Made by a program: the position numbers and the translations under genes. From NCBI RefSeq assembly GCF_001194135.2, contig NC_068982.1, forward strand, positions 133,095,801 to 133,134,534: a DNA stretch of 38,734 nucleotides, read 5' to 3'. Origin of the DNA: Octopus bimaculoides. Its lineage: Eukaryota. Below the pieces are notes generated by a model that was given only the letters and a program-made list of their open reading frames with translations, had not been told where the DNA came from and ran no database searches. The number at the start of each line of letters is the position of its first letter. The first letter of the stretch is position 1. Below, one piece after another: positions 1-11,929 of this stretch.

Positions 1-514
1 TAGATCTCTTTGCAATAAACAACCTACTATCTTGAAATAAAGGAAAGAAGTAGTCCTAAATACAAAGTAAAATAGAAGGAAGGAACAGGATGGGAAGTAC
101 TATCTTGTGACTAATTCTGAAAACAATGATAATATACTGCATATTATCAATCAACTGAGATAAAGAGACACATCAATCATTAAGATATAGCAAAGATTGT
201 CAATTTCAAGATTTTTATCATTAACAACATTAATAAATGCAATAAAAATGTTGCTGAAATTGGATGGAAACTAAAGACTCGGAACAAAATGTTAACCTGT
301 AGAAGTGTGGAAGAATAGCATACCAACTACATAGAATCCTGTTTCTTATGAAAATTTTAATATCATTAAATGTACTTGCTCAACCTATTTATCTTATAAC
401 AAAAACATTTATATACCATCATATGCAATAAGAATAATGATACATATTTTCTGTAGCTAGTTCTAAACTTAAGTTATAGAGAATTTCATTGAAAACAAAA
501 TTTCACATCAAAAA

Positions 515-668
515 CATTGGTGCTAGCACAGTTTGCTCCCCAACCATATAGTTTCAAGTTCAGTCCCACTGGACAGTAACTTGAATAAGTGTTTTCTATT
601 ACAGTCCCTGGCTGACCAAAACCTTGTGAGTAAATTTTATAAATAGAAACAAAAAGCCCATTGTTTAC

Positions 669-690
<22 letters not shown>
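515..690 (+). mobile_element. Decayed tRNA-head SINE (family A) ending in (TA)n/(GA)n
   Basis: Aligns by eye to copies at 10273 and 16147 (gttcagtcccact...gaccaaaaccttgtgagt...gaaac...aagccc). Confidence 0.7.
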
Positions 691-702
<12 letters not shown>

Positions 703-1440
703 TATATCTCATGTGTACAGTTAGGTGTACTACTGCTAATGTTGAGTTTAGAACTCCACAAGTCTGCTTCCAATATAGTGACTTGGTCACTGGTGTACTT
801 AGTAGTATTACTACTAGTTATGATATACAGAGCAAATATAAGAGAAATTATGGTAAACAGAGTTTAAATCCTTTGTTCCCTATATACATTTCACTGTTGT
901 GATTGTTGGGANNNNNNNNNNTAAACAGAGTTTAAATCCTTTGTTCCCTATATACATTTCACTGTTGTGATTGTTGGGAACCTCCGCATTGCATGTGCCA
1001 AGTGCAATTGGATGGTGAACAATAATAGATCATGAGGAGAACACTTTATTGCATTATGTTACAGAGATCAAACGTCTGAAGTTGGATGTATGATGTCACT
1101 TCCTTTAATTTCCAGTACCTTGCTTCCAGTCCTGATGTCTCCCTTCACTCCTCCACAGAATTAAAGAAAAGGAGGGAGCAAGTGAAAGAGAATGCATGTG
1201 AAAGAGTCTATAAATATTCTGGAATCAGGAACTTGCATCTTGACCCCAGATAAAGAATCAAATATGAATCAAATATGACATTTCAACATGAAGAACAATT
1301 TTTTTTTCTCATCTTATAAGCCAAACCAGTGAGACACAGCATAAGTTCTCTGGATCCTGTGTTAAACAACCATGCTAATACTACTGCAATTGAAAAGCAT
1401 TTTTTTCCAAGACCATGTCATGGTACTGTGTAACTCATAA

Positions 1441-3680
1441 TTTCCCAAAGTGGGCGATATCGCCCACCAGCGGACGATATTGCCCACCAGCAGACGATTT
1501 CAACTTACAGGTGGGTGATCGGGTAAATTTCTAGAAAACAGTAGGTGATTTGAGATTTTGATGGGGGATGTGAACATTTTGTGGGTGACAAAGAATTTTT
1601 AGAAATCAAGTCTGCATGTACCTATATCTAGGCAAGCGTAGAATATGGATGCACTTTTATCGATTTGACTACTCGCATGAAACATCCCTTTGTATTTAAA
1701 AAAAGCGGACTTGTTTATCAATCGAATATTTTTGTTGCATAGTCATTAAGGTGATTGTCATATGTGCTAAAAATAGTAGTGAAGTAGGCCTAGGCCTTAA
1801 ATCATGCTCCACCACAATTTTTTCTCCTTTTTTTGCATAATCCTATGAATTCCTACATGTAGAATACAATTTCCCAAAAATGTTCTGAAAACTCCAAAAA
1901 ACAAAAAACGTTATGAGGGGTTATATACTGTGCGTAATTCTACAGTTTCATATCAAAATACAAGTGCTATTTTCAGGATGTTGACAAAATGTGCAGTCAT
2001 GCACAAAATGACAGTTTTGAAATCGTGTTTCTTGACTGAGTGAAAATGATCAAACTTTAAATCTCTATAACTTTTTTTTTGCAACTAAGTGCTTCTTTCA
2101 AAAAGAAAACACTAACATTCAACATGCTACTCCAGAAAACTAGTAAACAGGAGAATGATGGGTTGATTGCATCGTACAACATTGCATTAATTGTTGCTAA
2201 GTCTGGGAAGTCTCATACAATTGGAGGTCTCATACAATTGGAGAAACATTACTTCATCTGGTTATCGAAGAGGTTTTGTCAACCGTTATGGATGAAAAAC
2301 CTGATAACATTATGAAGAAGATCCCACTTAGTAATAACACAATTTCTTGACACATTGATGAAATGGCCAATGATGTCATTAATATTCTCCAGCATTCTGA
2401 ATTTTCTACACAAGTGGATGAATCAACTGTTGTGGACAATCAATGTTTGATGATGGTATATGTCCAGTATTTCAGCAAAGACCTTCAACCTTGTGAGGAA
2501 ATGCTGTTCACAGAGAAACTGCAGCTTGATTCAAAAGGTGTAACTATTTTTCACATTCTCAAATCTTTCTTTTTGAACGTAGTATCCCACTCAGTAATAT
2601 TCTTGCCTGTGCATCTGATGGAGCCCCTTCGATGGTAGGAAGATACAGAGGTTTTTCATCTCTCTTCAAGCATGAAATTTCCCAACAGGTATTAACTGTT
2701 CATTGCTTGGCACACCGGTAGCATTTAGTGGCAAAAAATATGAACAGTAGATTGAATGATGCACTACAGTTAGTTATCAACACTGTGAACAAATTGAAAT
2801 CAAGTCTCTTGTCTGATTGAATTTTCCGTCAACTCTGTCTGAGAAATGATGAGGACTATACTAAACTCTTATACCATACCAAAGTGCAGTAGCTGTCAAA
2901 AGGAAACTGTGTTTTAAGCTTTGTTGAACTGTTTCATATAATCATATCTTTCTTTGAAGATACTCCAATATCTGCTTCATTGATGGTTGCATGGTGTGAT
3001 ATCGTTTTTCTTTGTGATATAGTCACAAATAAGTTATTGCAAGGAAACAGAAAAACTCTCAATTGTAAATCATTTATCACTAACTCCATTTTGAAATTGA
3101 TGCTGTATAAGACTAACATTTTCACAACTTGATTCTTTGAAAGATAAATTGGTTGATGAAGATTTAACTACATATCGCAAATATTTACAGTCATTGCATG
3201 ATGGCATGGTGGAGCGATTTCAAGATGTTATTGTGCTGAATATTCCAAATTGGTATAGCAATAGGTTTGGGGTCAATGCAGTTGATTGCGAGGATGATGA
3301 ATTACAAAATGACAATGATGCCACAATGTGATATTGCCATAATGGCAAAGAAGGTTTGTAGTAGCATCAAAGTATATTGAATTCCTACCCCAATCTGTGG
3401 AAACATCTAAAATTGCTTTTGCTTGCCTCTCTTACCTCATACCTAGTTGAATCTGATTTTAGTCATGTTGGAACTTTACTTGGACTGGATATAACACAAC
3501 ATGAAGACTTGCAGCTAAAGTTGACAAGCTTGAAATCAAATGTATCTGCACTAGCTGCATTGCACCAGACACATGGTTCTCATTAAAAAGTTCTATTCTT
3601 TTCCTTTATAATACAATCATTAATTATTTTTACATTGGTAGTTCTGATCAATGGTTCATTTGGGGAAAATAAATCAGTGT
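1441..3680 (+). mobile_element. Decayed hAT DNA transposon (Buster/SCAND3/ZBED8-like transposase pseudogene)
   Basis: Broken frames give KSHTIG, IPLSNNTIS, FSTQVDEST, EEMLF, DGAPSMVG, VHCLAHR, LLYHTKV and a C-terminal TSYLVESDFS; left end tttcccaaagtgggcg with subterminal repeats. Ends approximate. Confidence 0.85.
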
Positions 3681-3732
3681 AAAAGAAAGTGCAAGTTTAC
3701 CGAAGTTAATCTGTCTGCATAATATAGAGTTA

Positions 3733-4090
3733 ACATTAGAATTTTATTCCTACTTGTACCCTGAATTCATCGCTATACTCATTGCCAACCCTCACCTTAC
3801 TGACAGCATCCCTGTACAGGGCTTCTACAGCTCTTACCACCCACTCCTCTATCCCTAGTTTCTGCACTGACCACCAGATAAGGGATCGGGGGACCCTGTC
3901 AAAGGTTTTCTCCAAGTCAACAAAAGTCAAGTACAGAGGTTTATTTTTGGCTAGGTATTTCTCCTGAAGTTGCCTTACCAGAAATATAGCATCAGTGGTG
4001 CTTCTCCCTGGCACAAAACCAAACTGCATCTCATCTAGGCTAACTCTCTCCCTAATTAGTTGGGCTATGACCACCTGATCCAGCAATTTG
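3733..4090 (-). mobile_element. RTE-clade LINE reverse-transcriptase fragment
   Basis: MQFGFVPGRSTTDAIFLVRQLQEKYLAKNKPLYLTFVDLEKTFDRVP; homologous to the copies at 12068 and 24740. Confidence 0.92.
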
Positions 4091-4638
4091 ATATCCCAGT
4101 AGTTATTTCTATCTAAAGCATAGTCATATATTCAAATCCCACCATGGGAAAAACTAAACACAACTGTTTTATGCAAAAGAAAATGTATTTCTGATCACAT
4201 TAATACATAAGATCCTGAATTGGCCTCAAGAATAATTGTGGTTGAAAAAAAGATGAATTTAATAGAATTATACATTTCTTATTTAGATGTATATTTTTAT
4301 ATGTACACAATGTTCTGATTAGGCTGCTTTCTGCTCGTAATCATTTATCATACCACTTGATATATGCATGATACTATGCTAGATTTGATTCAAAACCATC
4401 TTTCCTAAGCTCGGGATAGTAAAGTTCTTATCCATAGGCTATTGATGCATGTACAGTGGTCAGTATGTAGATATCCAAGAAAATGATCAGAGATGGTCAG
4501 TGATCAAACAAATAAAAACATGGTAGAGCTATAAAGATTGTATATATGCATTTTAAAGATGATGTTAATAGTCTATAAAAATACTAAATTATTAACAATT
4601 TGTCTTAAATATTTAAAGGGAAATTACTTCATACTTAC

Positions 4639-4794
4639 AGTTATGGTGATCAGATTATCAACAGTTTCTTCTTCAGAGACATTGACTTGATATCTTTGCT
4701 GAGAAAATTGGGGAAGAAATTCATCCACAGGCAATATTTCCAGAGTAACATTAGCTTCACTGGTTTCAGATGAAGCTTTATCTTCAGCAACAAT
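4639..4794 (-). CDS. Cadherin exon (last visible), 156 bp, phase 0/0: IVAEDKASSETSEANVTLEILPVDEFLPQFSQQRYQVNVSEEETVDNLITIT
   Basis: Acceptor attttccag| and donor |gtaagt; AxD, linker PxF-YxVxVxE pattern. Not in the ORF track. Confidence 0.94.
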
Positions 4795-4984
4795 CTGGAA
4801 AATTCACAAATAAATATCTTTTAGCTTTTACTTGTTTCCATCATTGGACAATGGCCATACTGGAGTACTACTTTCAAGGGTCTGATAAAAAAAAAATTGA
4901 CTACATTACTTATTTTTTAAAAATCTGGTACTTATTCTATTACAGGGACATAAACAAACCAATACCAGTTGTCAAGCAGTGAGG

Positions 4985-5160
4985 AAGAACAAACAAACAC
5001 ACACACACATACAATGGGCTTCCACACAGTTTCCAGTGACCAAATTTACTCACACAGCATTGGTGAGCTTGGAGCTATAATAGAAAACATTTGCCAAAGG
5101 TGTTGTGCAGTGGAACTGAACTTGAGACCATGTGGTTGGAAAGTGAGTTTCTTAACCACA
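4985..5160 (-). mobile_element. SINE family A copy (antisense), with (CA)n
   Basis: Reverse complement matches the family A head tgtggttaagaaactc...ccaaccacatggtctcaagttcagttccactgc. Confidence 0.7.
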
Positions 5161-5879
5161 ACAATAACAAAGTATGTAATTCATTTTAGAAAAAAAATTT
5201 AATCTCTTATCTTTGTTGTCATCATCACTGTTGCCATCAACATCCTCGTTATTGTTATTGTTGCTATTTTCAGCTTTGACTTCATAGTCTTCCTCCCCTC
5301 TCCCTTCATTATCATTATAATATTGAGAAATGAAAAGCCTGAAGTGAAATCCTATTAGTTGACTTCATCATAACTCAACAGGTTCAAAATAATAGGCCAC
5401 TGAACAAGGATGTCACAAAGTATTCAGTGTGCCCTTTTTATGTCTATNNNNNNNNNNNNNNNNNNNNNNNNNNNNNNNNNNNNNNNNNNNNNNNNNNNNN
5501 NNNNNNNNNNNNNNNNNNNNNNNNNNNNNNNNNNNNNNNNNNNNNNNNNNNNNNNNNNNNNNNNNNNNNNNNNNNNNNNNNNNNNNNNNNNNNNNNNNNN
5601 NNNNNNNNNNNNNNNNNNNNNNNNNNNNNNNNNNNNNNNNNNNNNNNNNNNNNNNNNNNNNNNNNNNNNNNNNNNNNNNNNNNNNNNNNNNNNGTTCAAT
5701 GAATATTTATTGAGGAACTGTTTTTACAGTCAGATGCTCTTCTTCTTATTAAACCTTACTTGTTTTTCAAGTAAAGCTATTTTAGCCCAGTTGTCTTTGA
5801 AAGTGCAAATATCACTGCCATTTTTCTTTTCTTTTATTTATTCTCTCAATGTTTATCAAAAAGAGCTCAACAGGGACAG

Positions 5880-6140
5880 ATGACAGGAGGGGAAAGTACC
5901 TAACTGAGAGAAAGTTAAGTTGGGATGAAATATGGAAGTGGAGTACAACAAAACTAAGTTTTTTAATTTGTTCATCCTGTGATGTCTTACAATCCCCCTA
6001 CAAATATGGTGAGATGGAGAGTATCAAACAGTGATAAATGCAGATGCAGGGAAACTAGTAACACTGAAACACATCTTTTCCAACTGTTCACTGGTGTTGG
6101 ACAGATGTGGCTGAAGGTACACTTCAATCTGTAAAGAACC
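5880..6140 (+). mobile_element. RLE-type non-LTR retrotransposon fragment (HERO/NeSL-like zinc-knuckle region)
   Basis: Frameshifted translation KLSWDEIWKWSTTKLSFLICSSCDVLQSP-NMVRWRVSNSDKCRCRE-TLKHIFSNCSLVLDR contains a CCHC-type knuckle. Confidence 0.6.
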
Positions 6141-6379
6141 AAATAGTTCAAATCCAAAGTGGCAAGAAACTACAGAGGAACCTAGTTAGAGATTTAATCA
6201 CCTTCATTCATCTGGGAGAGCAGTTCCATTTTAAGGAAGAAAGTTTCTTTGAGCAATGAATACTGGAATGGTTGTTGGGAGGTGGCCACAGATTGGAAGG
6301 ACATCTGGCCATACAAAATTTTCCTGAACAAATTCCATCTATCTCATGCAAACATGGGAAAATAGATATACTTTTGTAC

Positions 6380-6520
6380 TCTAGGCACAAGGTCTGAAAT
6401 TTTGGGGAAGGGGACCAGTCGATTAGATTGACCCCAGTATGCAACTGGTGCTTAATCTATCGACACCAAAATGATGAAAGGCAAAGTCAACCTTGTTGGA
6501 ATTTGAACTCAGAACATAAA
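6380..6520 (+). mobile_element. SINE-derived repeat family B
   Basis: aggcacaaggtctgaaattttgggg...gtcgattagattgaccccagt...gatgaaaggcaaagtcaacct...gaatttgaactcagaac; recurs at 9058, 10085, 15320 and 15530. Confidence 0.8.
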
Positions 6521-6659
6521 GACAGACAATGGTAAAATAGATATTAAAATGATGATGATGACAACAATGTGGAGAAGAAAGAAAGGAAGGGGGGAGTAGG
6601 AGGAGAAGGAGAAGGGGAGAAAGGTGAAATAAAATAGAATCAATAAAACAAAACAAAAT

Positions 6660-7302
6660 ATTGCAAAAAAGCGTTTAGGGTGCAGTAAAAACCTACAGAA
6701 TTGGTTCCTTTACCATATTTTTGACCACTGGCTGAGACAGCTAAAAGAAGCATTTGACTCAGACTGCCTTCTTCCAACTGTTAAACATGGAGGAGGATCT
6801 GTGATGATCTGGGGGAGGTGGGCTATATCTTGGAAATCCACCGGCCCAATGGTTTCCCTTCAAGGCAGAATTAATAGTCAAGACTATTTAAGCATTTTAT
6901 CTGATCAAATTCATCCAATGGTTGCAGAACTGTTTCTGGAGGGAAACAAAATCTTCCAGGATGATAATGCACCAATTCACACAGCTGAAGTTGTTACTGA
7001 TTGGCAAGAGGAACATTCTTATTTGGTTACCACAGTCCCCAAATCTCAATATTATTGAACATTTATGGGTGCATTTGAAAAAAGCAAGTAAGGAGTCGAT
7101 ATCTTCCACCATCATCACTGCAAGAACTGGAGACTGTTTTAGCTGAAGAATTGACAAAAATTCCTTTGGAAACAATTCAAACTTTGTACGAGTCCATATC
7201 TTGTAGAATTCAAACTGTAGTTACTGCCAAAGGTGGTCCTACCCCATATTAAACTAAATTTGTTTGAAATTTTAAGGTGTTTCCATTATTTTGTCCCACC
7301 CC

Positions 7303-7306
<4 letters not shown>
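6660..7306 (+). mobile_element. Tc1-family (DD34E) transposase remnant with right end
   Basis: VKHGGGSVMIWG, FQDDNAPIHTA, WLPQSPNLNIIEHLW, AKGGPTPY*; ends ...ccacccctg followed by a (TA)n tract. Confidence 0.9.
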
Positions 7307-7346
<40 letters not shown>

Positions 7347-7459
7347 AATTCCTGGGGTCGATTTCTTCGACTAAAGGTGGTGCTCCAGCATGGCCACAGT
7401 TAAATGACTGAAACAAGTAAAAGAGTTAAATCTCTTCATCATTAAATTCCTTGCTCTCT

Positions 7460-7700
7460 TTAATCCATTTGACACCAACCCACCTGATACCACAGCTGGT
7501 TCTTTTGTAACTGGCCATCTTCAGTTCAAATATTCTACATGTCTTTTGTTTAGACCATCCAGGTCTGGCCATTTTACACCTAAGCCAGCAATGTCATTCT
7601 AAAAATAAACAGCCACATCATTGAAATCACAGCTATGAGATAATACATGGTTAATTCAAAGCAATGTAAATAAAGATTACATTTGATGCTAAAGAGTTAC
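7460..7700. mobile_element. Possible TTAA-flanked (piggyBac-like) non-autonomous element
   Basis: Starts ttaatccattt and ends gctaaagagttac; a further ttaactctttagc (reverse complement of that end) at about 7764. Termini are degenerate. Confidence 0.35.
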
Positions 7701-7799
7701 ATGTTCACTGAATTGAAACTTCCTGTCAAGATTCTATGTTAATTTATGTTCCAAACACCAGCTTAACTCTTTAGCTTTCAGAAGCACCATTTGAGGGTG

Positions 7800-8138
7800 A
7801 TCATTACCAGCATCGCCTTACTGGCATGTGAACAAAACATTCGAATGAGCTTGTTGCCAGTGCCGCTTAACTGACTCCTGTACAGGTGGCACATAAAAAA
7901 CACCACTTGAGCGTGGCCGTTGCCAGTACCACTGGACTGGCCCTCGTGCCAGTGGCACATAAAAGCACCCACTACACTCTCGGAGTGGTTGGCGTTAGGA
8001 AGGGCATCCAGCTGTTGAAACTCTGCCAGATCAGATTGGAGCCTGGTGCAGCCATCTGGTTTGCCAGTCCTCAGTCAAATCGTCCAACCCATGCTAGCAT
8101 GGAAAGCAGACGTTAAATGATGATGATGATGATGATGA
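7800..8138 (+). mobile_element. RTE 3'-end/SINE-like repeat (family C) with (ATG)n tail
   Basis: ggcgttaggaagggcatccagctg...ccaacccatgctagcatggaaagcagacgttaaatgatgatg; the same terminus ends the RTE copy at 26642. Confidence 0.85.
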
Positions 8139-8520
8139 TATGCATACACACACACATACACACACACATACACACAGTACTCCAATTTTAATTACCAATC
8201 ATTGGTCAGTAAACTCAAGACTTCAAGTAGAAAAGTTGCCAAAGATTTCACACAGAGATAGAACTTGAGACCATGTGGTAACAAACCAAACTCCATAACC
8301 ATGTAGTCTCAAGTTTTATCTCACTGTACTGCACTTTATATGTTAAAATTGGAAAACTTATTTACCATATTTCTAAATGACAGTAAGCTATGTTAAAGGA
8401 TAATGTATAAAATATGAAGGAGATAGCAACAGATTTGAAATTTATTTGTACATTACTAAATTTCATCCCATGCTTATATCAAATTACATTCATTCAAATT
8501 AAACTCAATAACAAACCTAC

Positions 8521-8685
8521 CTTAAATGTCATTTGTGTTTCCTTTTCATAATTAAGTTCATCAGGCTTATTAACACTCAGAGCTACATTTGTTTCTGTAA
8601 CTGATTCTTCTGGAATAACTTTAAGAGCAGTGAATGGTTTGCCATCCAAAGTTTTTAAGCTAAGACTGAATTTACTGTACTCCAC
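8521..8685 (-). CDS. Cadherin exon, 165 bp, phase 0/0: VEYSKFSLSLKTLDGKPFTALKVIPEESVTETNVALSVNKPDELNYEKETQMTFK
   Basis: Acceptor catttgttttag| and donor |gtaggt; LNYE variant of LDYE; in frame with both neighbours. Confidence 0.94.
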
Positions 8686-9057
8686 CTAAAACAAATGAAG
8701 GTGTGACCATCTCTTGAATAAGTATGTATTGTTGATATATCAATAATCAGAAATATCCAAATATAATCACAACATATTGCAAAGACTAATGATTTTATTT
8801 ATTTATTTCTTTTTACATCAGCAGCAGAGGTAGTTCATGAAAAAATACTTCATTATGTTAGTAGAATGAGTAGAAAGAAAATTTATAAATTCATGGGCAA
8901 ATTTGTAAATAAGATTATAATTTCTAAATTGCTGACCTGAAATTAATTTTTAAACAATTTAATATAATGTTATTTTCTTAGGAAATTGCTGTCTTTGTTA
9001 AAATTCATAGAGGAATGAGACTTTAAAATTATCGTGTGAATAATAATCCTTTCTAAT

Positions 9058-9235
9058 ATAGGCACAAGGCCTGAAATTTGGGGGGGGGTATAGACCAATC
9101 AGATCAACCCCAGTGTTTCACTGGTACTTAATTAATCAACCCCGAAAGGATAAAAATCAAAGCCGAATTCAGAACGTAATGGTAGGCGAAATACCACTAA
9201 GAATTTTGCCCGGCATGCTCGCAATTCTGCCAGTT
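9058..9235 (+). mobile_element. SINE-derived repeat family B
   Basis: Same core as 6380-6520. Confidence 0.75.
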
Positions 9236-10084
9236 CAAATGGAAATGATTCTTATTCAATCACAGAAAATTAAACTGAGGTAGAAAGAGTTGTTTCCTCC
9301 GTATAATTCGTTTTTGTGGAATAGTTTTTTAAAAAAGTATAACATAGTATGCAGTTTCTAGTCATTACAAGAATGTATTCTTTATGTTCAGTGTGGTACT
9401 TCACCATTTAGGCATTAAGAGCCAACAATAAAAACAACAGTAAATTTCAACTCATAATTGTATAGCCAATAGTCCAGACCCCTTAGCTATATCTGGCCCC
9501 TATACTTCATTATAATTCATACACATGTACATTAACCTACACACATTTCAATGATATATGCATTGTGAACTAATATTTTATTCTTACAATGATATCAATG
9601 CTATTTATTATTTTCACTTTCTTTTATAAGGAGGAGGATTAACACTCATGAGCTTTGCAGGAGAAATAGTGGAGTAGCAAAAACATTAAATATTGTTATA
9701 ACTCTCAGAAGATCAGATCTACTTATAGACTACTCACAGATTTAGTTTTTAGCCCTAGCAAATCATAGCAGACTTAAAATTTTTTTAATAAAATTATAGA
9801 ATACATACCTCTTGGCTAAACCAACTCCTTATCAATTATGACTATAATTAATTATTTGAATCTTGAGTTATTTTTGTAACTCTACATCTTTTTGTAACGC
9901 TAGTAGTTCATACCTTATGTGTTCTCTTTTAAATAAAGTAAATCTATTGTAACCCATTCTACCCTTCCAAACTCACCAGAAATGCTAAAACTCAGTGAAA
10001 CCCATTATAGTGTTTCTCTATTTCTTACTGCTACCATTTCCTCTCCTGTCTCTGTTCCAGTCCCTCAAGAAATATCGGCTTCAA

Positions 10085-10272
10085 ATTTTGGCACAAGGCC
10101 AACAATTTTGAGGGAGGAGTTAAGTCAGTTACATCAACCCCAGTGTCCAATTGGTACTTATTTTATTGCTCCCCCCACCACCACCACCACCACCTAAAAA
10201 AATAGATGAAAAGCAAAGTTGACCTCAGCAGAATTTGAACTCAGAACATGAAGATAGATGAAATGCCACCAA
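10085..10272 (+). mobile_element. SINE-derived repeat family B, abutting a family A SINE
   Basis: Same core as 6380-6520. Confidence 0.75.
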
Positions 10273-10387
10273 GTGGCTGTGTGGTAAGTAGCTTGCTTAC
10301 CAACCACATGGTTCCGAGTTCAGTCCCTCAGGGCGACCAAAGCCTTGTGAGTGGATTTGGTAGATGGAAACTGAAAGAAGCCCGTCA

Positions 10388-10469
<82 letters not shown>

Positions 10470-10679
10470 TTTGTGTGTCTGTGATTGTCCCCCCACCATC
10501 GCTTGATAACCGATGCTGGTGTGATTATGTCCCCGTAACTTAGCAGTTCGGCAAAAAGAGACCGATAGAATAAGTACTAGGCTTCCAAGGAATAAGTCCT
10601 GGGGTCGATTTGCTCGACTAAAGGTGGTGCTCCAGCATGGCCGCAGTCAAATGACTGAAACAAGTAAAAGAGTAAAAGA
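10273..10679 (+). mobile_element. Near full-length tRNA-derived SINE family A with internal (TA)n(TG)n and aaaagagt tail
   Basis: Box A-like tggctgtgtgg, box B-like gttccgagttcagtcc, internal microsatellite, and a 3' half also seen at about 7345-7425. Confidence 0.85.
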
Positions 10680-11445
10680 NNNNNNNNNNNNNNNNNNNNN
10701 NNNNNNNNNNNNNNNNNNNNNNNNNNNNNNNNNNNNNNNNNNNNNNNNNNNNNNNNNNNNNNNNNNNNNNNNNNNNNNNNNNNNNNNNNNNNNNNNNNNN
10801 NNNNNNNNNNNNNNNNNNNNNNNNNNNNNNNNNNNNNNNNNNNNNNNNNNNNNNNNNNNNNNNNNNNNNNNNNNNNNNNNNNNNNNNNNNNNNNNNNNNN
10901 NNNNNNNNNNNNNNNNNNNNNNNNNNNNNNNNNNNNNNNNNNNNNNNNNNNNNNNNNNNNNNNNNNNNNNNNNNNNNNNNNNNNNNNNNNNNNNNNNNNN
11001 NNNNNNNNNNNNNNNNNNNNNNNNNNNNNNNNNNNNNNNNNNNNNNNNNNNNNNNNNNNNNNNNNNNNNNNNNNNNNNNNNNNNNNNNNNNNNNNNNNNN
11101 NNNNNNNNNNNNNNNNNNNNNNNNNNNNNNNNNNNNNNNNNNNNNNNNNNNNNNNNNNNNNNNNNNNNNNNNNNNNNNNNNNNNNCTCAACAGTGTACTA
11201 TACAATTCTAATTCAGACTTAATTATTGTCTATATCAGGAATGTAACATTCATCAACTGCCCAATTTTCTGATCTAAGAGGGCTACCAAACAATAAGAAA
11301 AGAAAATTTACTTTTCTATTTAAACAGCAAAACGTCATTTTAAAAAATGAGAGATTAAAACACTAAAATATCCATAAATTAAAATACAAAAGATATGATC
11401 GGAAGAAGAAGAATAAAATATGTGAGAAATGCAAAAATTCATTAC

Positions 11446-11634
11446 CGTATCCTTGTCTTTTACATTTATTATCTCATTTATTCTTACTGGATTATCCTTT
11501 GTAGTATTTTCATTGACCTTTGCAGTGAAAGAATTTTTATTGAACAAGGGATCATTGTCATTCTCATCTTCTATAAATATTGTGATGTTTTTCGTGACAC
11601 TTTCACCTATTTGGTTATTTTTTATTTCATAAGC
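11446..11634 (-). CDS. Cadherin exon, 189 bp, phase 0/0: AYEIKNNQIGESVTKNITIFIEDENDNDPLFNKNSFTAKVNENTTKDNPVRINEIINVKDKDT
   Basis: Acceptor tgtattttatag| and donor |gtaatg; canonical DxNDNxPxF linker, xEN and DxD motifs. Confidence 0.96.
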
Positions 11635-11929
11635 CTATAAAATACAAGAGAAAAGCACTATAATGAATTAATTTATTTCAATGAAAATATTGGTCAACAA
11701 TTTTAAACCTGAGACTGAATTAAAATTTCAAGTAAATAACTTATTTTATAAATAGTTTCATAATGAATTCTACAGGCTTTTTTTCTTTTTCTTTTTTTTT
11801 TTATCTATTTTTACATATCATACATTTACATTGTATGATATTCATGAAAACTCCTTAGTATGTATGCCCCTTTGAATTTAGATATTTTTTTGCTCAAATC
11901 AAAACCACCAGTGGAAGCATTGCAAAAGT

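Noticed and set aside
854-979. 58-bp perfect direct repeat (854-911 / 922-979)
   Set aside because: The copies flank a 10-N gap exactly, as expected for unmerged overlapping contig ends.
1-4638. Search for the next cadherin exon (expected to begin with an AxDxD-type motif)
   Set aside because: No AG/GT-bounded candidate found; it probably lies beyond the window edge.
7856-7970. Repeat-spacer appearance of gtaaaaagcacc units (also 26227-26480) as a CRISPR-like array
   Set aside because: Eukaryotic context; the intervening sequence is also repeated, so these are tandem units in a retroelement UTR.
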